64,000 nt of DNA from the human T2T-CHM13v2.0 reference genome, Homo sapiens. The stretch lies in the NCBI RefSeq assembly GCF_009914755.1, contig NC_060936.1; one strand, 5' to 3'. A model generated the notes under the pieces. It saw only the letters and a program-made list of their open reading frames with translations, ran no database searches and was not told the origin of the DNA. Both the position numbers and the translations under genes were made by a program. Position 1 is the stretch's first letter. Each line of letters starts with the position of its first letter. Below, piece after piece: positions 26,041 through 37,069 of the stretch.

Positions 26041-26671
26041 TGTTATCGGAAAGGGGTCCTGATCCAGACCCCAAGAGAGGGTTCTTGGACCTCACACAAG
26101 AAAGAATTCCAGGCAAGTTCATAGAGTAAAATGAAAGCAAGTTTATGAGAGAAGTAAAGAAACAAAAGAATGGCTACTCCATAGACCGAGCAGCACCAAG
26201 GGCTGCTAGTTGGCTACTTTTGTGGTTATTTCTTGATTATATGCTAAACAAGGGATGGATTATTCACGAGTTTTCTGGGAAAGGGATGGGGATTTCCCAG
26301 AACTGAGGGTTTCTCCCCCTTTTAGACCATATAGGGTAGCGTTGCATTTGTAAACTGCCATGATGCTGGTAGGAATGACTTTTAGCACCTGCTGTATTAT
26401 AATTAGCATTTAACGAGCAGTGAGGACCACCAGAGGTCACTTTCATTGCCATCTTGGATTTGGTGAGTTTGGGCTGGCTTCTTTACCACATCCTGTTTTA
26501 TCAGCAGGGCCTTTTTGACCTGTATCTTGTGATACCAGCTCTGTCCACCTCCTGTCTCATCCTGTGACTAAGAGTGCCTAGCTTCCTGGAAATGCGGCCC
26601 AGAGGGTCTTGGCCTCATTTTACTCAGTCCTTGTTCAAGATGGAGTCACTCTGGTTCAAACGTCTCTGGCA
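26041..26671 (-). mobile_element. MER41 solo LTR (MER41B-like)
   Basis: On - begins TGCCAGAGACGTTTGAACCAGAGTGACTCCATCTTGAA and ends ...GGACCCCTTTCCGATAACA; near-TSD AAGA/AAGG; ~630 bp. Confidence 0.88.
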
Positions 26672-26699
26672 AAGGGAATTTGAGTATAGACTAAGTGTT

Positions 26700-27053
26700 T
26701 GTCTTAGTCAGTTCAGGCTGCTGTGACAAAATGCCTTAGACAGCGTGGCTTATAAACAACAGACATTTATTTCTCACAGTCTGGTGAGTCCAAAATCAAG
26801 CCTCCTGCAGATTCAGCATCTGGCAAGGCCCACTTCTTGGTTCATAGATGGCGGTCTTCTTGTTGCATCCTCACATGGTGCAGGGGGCGAGGCAGCTCTC
26901 TGGAGCCCGTTTATAAGGGCACTAATCCATTCATGAGGGCTCCATCCTCAGGACCTAATCACCTCCCGAAGGCCTCCCCTCCTAATCCATTATGTTGGTG
27001 ATTAGGTTTCGTCATATGCATTTTGTGGGGACACAAACCCTGAGCCCACTGCA
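26700..27053 (-). mobile_element. MLT1A-type MaLR solo LTR
   Basis: tgtcttagtcagttcaggctgct...atttatttctcacagt...ctaatcacctccc; near-TSD GTGTT/ATGTT. Confidence 0.85.
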
Positions 27054-27913
27054 ATGTTTGATTAAATGAAGGAGTTGTTTGTTTTGCAAAGCGTGAGTGT
27101 AGAACGGTAGTCATGCAAGAAGAGATTCCTTATTCGGATGCGTATTGAAGGATTTAGGAATGTGAGGACATGGGGTGTGCAATTTGCTTTAAAGCACTCA
27201 ACCGTGCTGCAAGCCTCTCTTTCACTTCACGTACATCTCTCTCAGTGCTCTCTATCCAGTCCTGTGCCTGGAGGCTGACCCTAATATCCAGTAGTAAAGG
27301 GACTCTGTGTCCTCTGGAGACCTTTGGCTCAACCAGAGGCGAGAGGCTGTGCTCAGAGCACCTGCTCCTCTACCCCCGCTCGCTGGGCTGCAGTTCTTGT
27401 CTGGCAGCCCCTCATGCAGAGCCAGCTGCTGCCCCACTGGGTGAGTAACCACCCTCCCTGCCCATGCAGATGCAGTGGTCTTAGCTGCACCGCTGAGACC
27501 CTGCTAAGATCCCAGCCCTGAAGTGCGGCACTGGCCCTGCAGACTTCCTCCACCCGCCCACGCCTGTGGGAGCCATCCCTGCATCCACCTCTCCCCTGTC
27601 CCATTTAGAGTCACTTGTTACCTGTGGGACTGTGACTCTGGGGGAGGTAACATGTTTGTGGTTGTTGATGTCGGGCGACGGGTATGTGAGAGTTTTATGT
27701 ATCCTCTACCTTTGTGTATGTTTTTGAAATTTTTCATAAGCAGAAAACAAACATAAATATACACAAACACTCTATTTTTCCATTATTAACATTATAAATT
27801 TATGTTTAAAGGTACACATGAGATGTTTTAGAAGGATACACACCATATTCCGACTGTAGCTACCTCCAGACGATGGGACTAGGAGGTAGCAGAGCAGGAG
27901 GGGGCAGAGCGGA

Positions 27914-28192
27914 GTGAGCTGGGAGGTGTCCTCAAGCTGGGAGGTGTCCGTGAGCTGGGAGGTGTCCTCGAGCTGGGAGGTGTCCTCGAGCTGGGAGGTG
28001 TCCTGGAGCTGGGAGGTGTCCTCAAGCTGGGAGGTGTCTGTGAGCTGGGAGGTGTCCGTGAGCTGGGGGGTGTCCTTGAGCTGGGAGGTGTCCTCGAGCT
28101 GGGAGGTGTCTGTGAGCTGGGAGGTGTCTGTGAGCTGGGAGGTGTCCTCAAGCTGGGAGGTGTCCGTGAGCTGGGGGTGTCCTTGAGCTGGC
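27914..28192. repeat. Minisatellite, 18-bp unit, ~15 copies
   Basis: (gtg/tcg/tca)agctgggaggtgtcc repeated. Confidence 0.95.
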
Positions 28193-28779
28193 ATGTGAAC
28201 TCTCCTCCCCTCCTCCTCATAACCTCTCCCTCCTCATGATCTCAGTGCTTCCACTTATTTAAAATCACTCATTTAAATGAGTGAACCTCCACTCGTGTAA
28301 AATCACAGCTCAATATCACTCCCTCGGGGACGCTTAAACAGGGAGTGCCGTGGGCAGCCCTCCTGCACAGGCCACCGCTGCTCACACACTTCATCTTCAC
28401 AACATTTATCTCAGTGGTCATTTACATTAATCTCTGTGAAAATTTGAGAATTCTCAGGGGGAGATTCTCCACTGTTCTCCGCAGGAATTTCTGTTCCCAG
28501 GGCTAGTTTTATACTGATCCATGTGATAATTTGTGGATGCCTCCTAGCTATGAGCTCTAAGGAAGCAGAATTTTTCATTATATTCCCAGCTTTGATCACA
28601 GTGTCCGGCAAATGGCAGGTCTTCAAACACGTGGGCTTTGTCAAATTCTTTGAAATTTCTACTAGAATGTATTCATTTTTCTGCCACTTAAAATAATTTT
28701 AAGTTATTGTTTTAATTTGTTGTAAATTTTGTTTGACTTTGAGGAAAATGTAGAAAAATAATCTAAAATCTTGAAGATA

Positions 28780-29280
28780 AGAAAGAACTTAAATGTCCAT
28801 AGACAATAAGCAAAGGATAGGTTATGGAATTGCACAGATTTTAAAGTCTCTGAATGCAGAGTGTGTCATCATGACTTTGTAAGGCAAGTGAACTGGAGGA
28901 AAGCATTTGAAGACAACATGACAAACAACAAGTTTGTATCCTTAATATGTAAAGAGCATATTCAAATCAATATGAAAAAAGATATCTGTATACAAAGGAT
29001 TGGCATGAATAAAAAGTTCAAGAAAGAAGACACACAAAAACAATGGAGCCGCAATGGAAGCAACATCACTAATTATCCAAGACATGCAAACGAAACGAAA
29101 ATACTTCAAGTTCATCGGGTGAGAAAAGACTGAAACTCACTGCAATAGCTGATGCCAATGAGGGTCTGGGGGATGGATTCTCAGGACCCTCTGGGGGCTG
29201 GTAAGTGTCCCCTGTTCGAAGCTTCTGGGGGCAGTTTGGTGAAATGTGCCGAAAGGCTTTCACATTTGGAGATGTTTGCT
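28780..29280 (+). mobile_element. Old L1 (L1ME-like) ORF2 3' fragment
   Basis: gtatccttaatatgtaaagagc...caaatcaatatgaaaaa...catcactaattatccaagacatgcaaa. Confidence 0.6.
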
Positions 29281-30679
29281 CCACGAAGAAATGCCTACAA
29301 GGACAGGCTCACAGGACCTGTGACTAGAGCCAAGCTCCCGAAGCATGTAGGGCTTAGCTGCTCCCACTAAGATCACCAGCCCTGAGTCACTCCCTCTGTG
29401 CCCTTCCCCTACCCTCGCATCCCTGTGGGAGCTGTCCCTGCCTCCACCTCTCCCCCACTCCCCGATCAGGGACTTATTGTTTTTTGGTTTATGCTGGAGG
29501 AGCAGTGACAACAGACCAGGGCCAGGGGTGGAGACCCACACAGTAGGTCCACAGTCACTGCGAAAATGTGCACGCCACAATGTTGAGTAATTTTAAAAAA
29601 GGACCTTTTGTATATTAGGACCCATTTTGTTTCAAAATACATGTATGACATCACTATGCAGAAAATGTTAAAGCTGTAAAAACATGAACAGAATGCCTGA
29701 AGCGTGGGCCGTGGAGGGGCACGCTGACCTGCACACGCCTCCCACTTCATGGAAATGCCTTCGCGCTGCTTACTTTCTTGCTTTTCTTTCACAGGAGGCT
29801 TGTGTCACTTTTACAACCAGCGAAGTCACGTGTAGGTTCCGTGTCCAGGAAGAGAACCCCACCGCCTCCTTCTGGATGGCAGGTGTCCCTCTCGGCTGAG
29901 CAGGTGTCTGGGACCATGACATCCAACCTGGGCTCTCCTGGCCCCCAGAGAAGAGCTGCCCAGTGCATGTGCTGGCTGCACCGTGACGTCCCCTATGAAC
30001 GAGGCCCACAGGCAGTGGCTGGCTGGGGGGATGCCCCTGCCCTGAGCTGGAGTCTCCCCAGGTGGCTGCTTCTTCCCCACCCCGAGGGTCACAGCCCAGC
30101 CCAAGCTCCAAGGGAATGGAGCAGCTGCCTGCACCAAGCTTCCCTCCTCTGGAGAAAGCACCTCCTCTTCTCCCTCACGTGCTCCCTGATGACCGCCAGG
30201 CTCCTTGACATGGTTCCCAGGACCAGCCTCTCCCAGGGTCCCTACTCCCAGTACCCCAGTCCTCACCATTTGTGACCCTTCAGCCCCTGCTGAACCCTGC
30301 CAGCCCCAGGACAGGCCACAGCTGTCATGCCACCTCCCAGCCATGATGAATGGGGAACGGGGAACTGTCTGACCTTGGGCTGGGTTCAAAAGCAGGGTCA
30401 GCCCAGGCACAGAGCCTGTTTGTTTGAGTGAATTGAGTGGGAGGCTGCTTTCTCATCGGGCTGAGGAGGGTTCAGAGGATTGTGGTCTCTTTGTTTTCAT
30501 TCAAGGCTCCATCAGCCGGGGCCCTGGCAGGAACCAGAGTTCACTCAACCGTTCACAGAAGGGTGCCTTGCAGAGGCGCAGGCAGGGTGAGCAAGGATGG
30601 CGTGGAACTCGAGGGGGGGTGCCACAGTGGATGTTGTCGCCACCTGTGGCCTGAGGAGCAGGGCAGGAGCCATGCTGCT

Positions 30680-31329
30680 GGGTCCCAGGGAGGCCATGCG
30701 GGGCACTCCACAGAAGCTGGGTCTGGAGACTGGGGGTCCCCGTGAGGCCATGCGGGGCACTCTACAGAAGCTGGGTCTGGAGACTGGGGGTCCCCGTGAG
30801 GCCATATGGGGCACTCTACAGAAGCTGGGTCTGGAGATGAGGGTCCCCGTGAGGCCATGCGGGGCACTCTACAGAAGCTGAGCCTGGAGATGAGGGTCCC
30901 CGTGAGGCCATGCGGGGCACTCTACAGAAGCTGGGCCTGGAGACTGGGGGTCCCCGTGAGGCCATATGGGGCACTCTACAGAAGCTGGGTCTGGAGATGA
31001 GGGTCCCCGTGAGGCCATGCGGGGCACTCTACAGAAGCTGAGCCTGGAGATGAGGGTCCCCGTGAGGCCATGCGGGGCACTCTACAGAAGCTGAGCCTGG
31101 AGATGAGGGTCCCCGTGAGGCCATGCGGGGCACTCTACAGAAGCTGGGTCTGGAGACTGGGGGTCCCCGTGAGGCCATGCGGGGCACTCCACAGAAGCTG
31201 GGCCTGGAGACTGGGGGTCCCCGTGAGGCCATGCGGGGCACTCCACAGAAGCTGGGCCTGGAGACTGGGGGTCCCCGTGAGGCCATATGGGGCACTCCAC
31301 AGAAGCTGGGCCTGGAGACTGGGGGTCCC
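30680..31329. repeat. Minisatellite, 53/54-bp unit, 12 copies
   Basis: cgtgaggccatgcggggcactctacagaagctgggtctggagactgggggtccc; unit starts at 30741, 30795, 30848, 30901, 30955, 31008, 31061, 31114, 31168, 31222, 31276. Confidence 0.97.
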
Positions 31330-34300
31330 AGCTCTTGCCAGCAGCACAGCCCCATGCAGGGAGGGCACGAGGAATAAATGCCGCGACCTCAGCCTGTCTC
31401 TCCAGCCTGCTCTGTGCCCCAGGGGAGACTCCATTAGTGGAGCCCAACTCAAAATAGGGAGGGAAGGGAGCCTGGATGGACGGAGGGCCCCAGTCATCTT
31501 AGGGCGGGTGGAGTGGGGTCGGGGGAGCCGGATGGGGCCTGCAGGGCAGCGGGTCCCACCCAGGCCCACCTGCAGACATCAGGGGCCTCATCTGGGAATG
31601 CGGGGCCAGGATGCTCTTGAACAAATGGAAGTTTTGGCAACTCTGGACTTTGGGGTAATAGGCTGGGACCATAGAGATGTGACCCACAGCTCCTGTCCAT
31701 GCTGGCTCTCATGGCCACTGGTCTCCCTCACTTGGTCTCCGGCCTGCCCTCTGCTTCCGAGTCCGCCACTCCCCACCCAGCCTCTGTCATTTGCACGCTG
31801 TTGATGAACTGTACAGCGCGGAGGTGGAAAATGATAATCTCTCCCTCCTCAAACAGCTCTGGTCCCACTAAGCCCAGTAATAAGGAGGAAATGCAAAATG
31901 AATCTGCCGCAGAAAACCAATAAGCGCCGAGGCTCAGAGCCTTTGGCAGGGAAGAGCACAAAAATGCCAAATACAATTTTTTTCTATTAACATTATATCC
32001 GCAGGCTCTTGTCAAGGAAATATCTGATCGGATCCCAAAACGAGCAATTATGAGAGCTCACTGTCTGAGCGAGACGCCTCTGGCAGAGGAATTTAATTTT
32101 GGAAAGTGTCCTATCTCAAACCATGGGTCTGGCCTGCTTTCTGGGGGAGGAGGCCAGACCACCAGGGAGAGACTGGTCTGGGGGATGCGTCCCTGTGGCA
32201 GAGGTGACTCCCGGTCAGGCAGAGGATCCAGAGAGCACTGGAGGCTGAGTCCTCAAGGTCCCCAAGCATGAGGCCTTTGAGGTTGGGGCTGGGGGTGAGG
32301 CTGGAGAGTCACAGAGCAGCAAAAGCCTGGGGTCCTGTGTGCAGCATGGACAGCAAGACACAGCCACTGACTGGACACAGAGGGGACAGGCCCTGGAGTG
32401 ACAGCATGGCCTGTCGGGCACACAGGGCCTGGGCTGCCACCAGCAAGTGTGCAAAGAAGGAAAAGGTGCCCTCTCAGGACTGTTGAAATGGGAAGGTGCC
32501 CACCCCTTCTAGGGGAGGACCTGGAAGAGGCCCCTTCCTGAACTCAGCCAGGGTCAGAGCAGGCACTCTGGGAGCTGGTAGTGGCTAGACCAGACCCTCA
32601 CCACAGCCAGGAGCCCTGGGGCGCAACTGATGGCAGCTGGACCCACCCTCACTCCTGGTGCGTGTCCTGAGGGCATGCCTGCCTGCAGGGTCCCTCACTA
32701 AGGCCCTGGCCCAGGTGGTGACAGATGGGAACAGAGGAAGGGGCATGGAGGAGGCTCTGGACTCGGAACACCCACCTGGCTGCTCAGGGGGCAGGGAGGC
32801 CAGCGGCCACCACACAGGGTGGACCTGGACATTTGCTCTGGGGAGTGGACTCACTGCTGAGGGTCTTCTGGCCAGGAAAGATGCCTGCAGGTCCCACGGC
32901 AGGGCAGGAAGGATCTGGGGGCTCAGTGGAGCCAGCGTGAGAAGCAGGGAGGTGTCCATGAGCTGACAGCCCCCTCCTCAATCCAGGATCTCCAGGTGAG
33001 CAGCAGGCCACTGTTCTTGTCCTCCCCATGGATGGCCCAGATCGTGGGAAGGGTCAGGCTCCCCCAGACCCCAGAGGCAGCCCTGCCAGGCTCCAGAGTC
33101 CCAGCACCGTGAGTGCCATCCGGTGACCCCAGGTCCTCCGCAGACACTTGCTCTCCATTCATGGTCTCCTCCTCTCCTCACCTGATCCCCTTCAGGACTC
33201 CTTCCTTCAGCCTGGAATCCACCTCACCGGATCCCCAGCTCCTGCCCTCCGAGCACTGTCCTGGGAGTGTCCTGGCCTCTCTCCAGCGGGGCCAGGCCTG
33301 GAGCTGAGCTCTTCTTTCCGGGGCACTAACCTTGGAGGGCCTGGACAGAATGAGTCGGGGCAGCACCTGCAGGATTTCTGTTCTAACAACATGCCCCAGG
33401 CAGTTCTCCTAGGCCTGATTTCAGCAGGTTCCTCTGCCCGGGAACCTATGTGGAAGCTGAAAACTTGGCTGGGAGGGGAAGTGGATGTTCAGCCCCATGC
33501 TCCCATCTTGGCCAAATGTTGGAGCAGATCCATTCGCAGGCTCCAAATGTGCACATACATAAGGGTTTGGGGAACTTTTGCAACGCTGCCTACACAACTC
33601 ACGGGGACGTCAGCACGTGCGTTGTTTGTTTGAATGGAACCGGCTGTCTTTGGGGCTCTGGAGTCACTTGCAGAATGCACAGTGCCCTCTCTCTACTCCC
33701 TGCCTCCCTTTGACCATTGATTTGTCCAGTGGATGCCAGCATCAAACCAGCAGGACAACAAAATGCCGGCATCCGTGACAAGGACCTGGGTTGTTGGCCA
33801 TGGAAACCTAATCAATGTGGAGCTGCTCATGGAACAATCCTCCACCTCCGGCATGTCAGGCAGAGCAGGGCAGGGGCAATGGGCAGGGCTTCTTGGGATG
33901 AGGCAGGGAAGAGCCAGCGGGGAGCCTCCCTTGGCTCAGGGGTCTCCTTTGTGGTAAGCAGTGAGAACCAGGGCCCTTCAGAGGGGAAGCAGACCGTCGG
34001 TGTCCAATGTGACCCCAGGAGGGTGTGGCCCACCCCAAAAAAACAGTGTTGGGGGGTCTTCTTACCTCAAGCGATGCCCCGTCGTGTCCCTAGCCAACCT
34101 GGGTTTCCAGGAATAGATGTGGGAGGAGGGACCCCCACGAAGGAGGTGACTTTCCTGAACAAAGCAACCTCCCAAGACTCTTAGAATCTGATAACCCTTC
34201 ACTCTTACTCCTCAGGGGAGAAGAGTCTCTTCCGGCCAGGCCATGGCAACCATGGGTTTGATGAGCTGTTGAATTTCCTACTGGAAATCAGCAGCCCAGA

Positions 34301-35624
34301 GCCCTGCTTCTATGGCAGGGTCAGGCAGGGTCAGGCAGTGCTCGCGGCATGGACTCGGGAGCGAGAGGGCCAGTGTCCTGGTTTACAGAGCGTGGGGTGC
34401 AGGGAGCTGATTATTCACTCTGTGTCTCCATTTCGTTTTTTGCAGAATGAGCTTTGGTGTGGATTTAACCTGAACAGGGCAGGCACAGAGTGTATGCTCT
34501 GTGTGAATTGACCTTCTGTATTTTCATCCTTCAGACGTGGAACCAATAGAATCTCCTTTATAAATGTATCGATCATTTCTGCCCAGAATCTCTTCCTGTT
34601 CTTAATCACTTGGCCTGAGGCTCCACTCCTGACCCCATAACTGTACAGGGTTCCCTCAGGCAGCAGGCTCCTTAAAGAAAAAACTTTACTCTTTTTTTTA
34701 ATAGAGTAAGTGAGTCACATCCTTTTCAGAAGTAGCATCCTAACGTTAGTACATAAGATGAAGTCACAAATAGCAGAATGACCAAAGGCAACACCTTCGT
34801 AAGCCCTTGAAATACAGTGACGGACACAACACCCCTCCCTGGACCCATGGGTGTTGCTTCCTGCAGCCAGGGACCAGGTTCCTGTGTCTCCATCAGAGCC
34901 CCAGGCCAGGGAGTGAGTCTGCATTTACCGGCTGTGTTGCATGAAAAGCGTGGGCCTCTCTATGGCACGAACATGCACCTCGGCTCCCTGGAGGAATGAA
35001 GGGAGGCCCTAAGTGTCAGGCAGTGACCACTAACCAGGGACCACAGCTTCACTGTCAGGGTCTACTGGAGCCGTGGCCTCACCAGGGTCCTAGGCTGCTC
35101 ATCCCCGTGGCATGAAGGCCAACCAAGTTGGTGGAGAAAGAAAATAAATCACCGCCTGCACAGTGAAAATTCTGTTGGACGTTGAGACGGCTGTGGCGAC
35201 CGTTCTCCTCTGCATCTTACCTGTGAGCAGCAGTCCTGTGGAGCGCAGCAGCGCCAGTGTGTTCTCAGGAACCTTCTGTCCGAACGGAACAGTTAGTGTT
35301 GCAGGCGTGGTCTAGTCGAGAGACAGAATTGACTCAAGACATTTCACAGGGAGGAAATGTAATGCAGAGAATGGGTGGAAGAACACAGAAGCCAAACCCA
35401 GGGGCGTGGAGCAGTCCAGAATTTAGCAACAGCAGGAATCCAGCACACTGCTCTTTGTCTTGGGTTAGAGGGAGAAAGACGGAGGCAAAGCTGGGACTTC
35501 AGTAACAGCAGACGCTCCCAGACAAGCCAGACACACCGGAGGGAGCGAGACAGAAAAGCACCAGGCTGTGGCCTCCCCACATCTCCCGCCTGCCATGTCC
35601 TGCTGAGGCCTCCCATTGGCCAGG

Positions 35625-36200
35625 GATGCTGTGGGTGGGCCTGTTCAGGTTCTTGACATCTGTGCACGAAATAATTTGGGAGCAAGTCCAAAGTAAGAGT
35701 GGGCAAAGAAGTTTATTGCAAAGCGAAAGTGTGCACCACTAGCTGGGTCAGAGCGGGCTGCTCTGGAATAAGACAGTGAGACTGGCACTGGGAAGTTCCT
35801 TTGATGGGAGTCTCACATGATTATTCCTGAAGGAGCAGGAACTAAGCATGTTGTGGGTGGGTTCCTGGGCCTACAGAGGCCGTCACTGTACATGCTGGCA
35901 CATACATTGCCTGTCTCATTAGCATTTTAAATCTCTGCCCAGGCATGTGTTTTTCACTATTACAGTGAGCAAAGTTCAACATAAGGACATGGTTCTTGGC
36001 TCGGCCTTTGGGACTTTTCCTCCAACAGTCACTCCTCCTTCAGCAAGGAAGTTGCCCACTGCGGGTGACCACAGATGTCTGTCCCAGCCACTTTCTGGAG
36101 CGTCCGTTACTGACCGGGGCCCCTGTGCTAACCTGTTGGCCCCATTTGGCTTGCTCTTAGCCGCCTGCAGGTAATCATGCCTGTTGCCTCGGTAACTGCC
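35625..36200 (-). mobile_element. ERV1 (MER4-group) solo LTR, subfamily uncertain
   Basis: caggttcttgac...gaagtttattgcaaagcgaaagt (reverse polyA signal) and tctcattagcattttaaatctc, typical of MER4-group LTRs; ends approximate. Confidence 0.55.
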
Positions 36201-36398
36201 TGCTTAAGAACTGCCCAGAAATGGGGGACAAGGAGGCCAGGGAGTACAGCACCCTTGGGAAGCAAAGAGCAAAGCAAGGTCAGCGAGTGGGTCCAAGGGC
36301 AAAAGCAAGTGGCCCGCATGTCTGTGCATCTTTGAGGTTCCTGGAAGGTAAGTTTAAATGTTTGCTGTTTTTAATATATTGTGGGGCTTGGGGGCCAA

Positions 36399-37045
36399 TT
36401 TTTTTTATCGTGGTAAAATACACATAACATAAAATTGACTATCTTAACCATTTTTAAGTGTACAGTTTGATGATACTAAGTACATTGCTTTTACTGTGCA
36501 ACCATCACCACCATCCAGCCCTCCATCCATCCATCCCTCCATCCATCAATCCATTCCTCCCTCCATCCATCCCTCCATCAATCCATCCCTCCATCAATCC
36601 ATCCCTCCATCGATCCATCCATCCATCAATCCCTCCATCAATCCATCCCTCCATCAATCCATCCCTCCATCAATCCATCCATCCATCTGTCCATCCCTCC
36701 ATCCATCTGTCCATCCCTCCATCAATCCATCCATCCCTCCATCCATCCTTCCATCCATCCCTCCATCCACCCATCCCTCCCTCCATCCATCCATCCCTTT
36801 GTCCATCCTTCCATCCATCCCTCCATCCGTTCATCCATCCCTCCATCAATCCATCCATCCATCCCTTTATCCATCCTTCCATCCTTCCATCCCTCCATCC
36901 ACCCATCAATCCCTCCCTCCATCCACCCATCAATCCCTCCCTCCATCCTGTGAGTGGGATCCCACTGCACCTGCATCACCTCCCCCAGGTGCATCACACT
37001 GTGGCATGTGTTAGAAATTCCTCCCTTCTTAAGTGACTGATAATG
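36399..37045 (-). mobile_element. L1MB-type 3' end split by a (CCAT/CCCT)n expansion
   Basis: gtggtaaaatacacataacataaaatt...aaccatcaccaccatcca (36399-36518), resuming at tgtgagtgggatc...gcatgtgttagaaattcc (36948-37045). Confidence 0.75.
36519..36947. repeat. (CCAT/CCCT/CAAT)n compound tetranucleotide repeat
   Basis: ~430 bp of ccatccctccatcaat variants. Confidence 0.96.
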
Positions 37046-37069
37046 GGGGTGGGGTGGGCTCACCTCTGT

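Larger units (their letters stand above)
21740..27760 (+). mobile_element. Fragmented old L1 3' UTR (L1MC/L1ME-like) hosting younger insertions
   Basis: L1M-like pieces at 21740-21809, 22216-22400 (aagaataatgactgcaatggatt), 25240-26040, 26672-26699, 27054-27200 and 27650-27755 resume across the inserted elements. Confidence 0.5.

Noticed and set aside
27772-28194. In-frame TSQL(E/T)D repeat protein
   Set aside because: An 18-bp unit keeps frame trivially; no gene context, splice or promoter evidence
30680-31329. CRISPR-like appearance of regular repeats (also 46061-47360 and 52907-53475)
   Set aside because: Head-to-tail units with no unique spacers, no cas genes, and a primate genomic context
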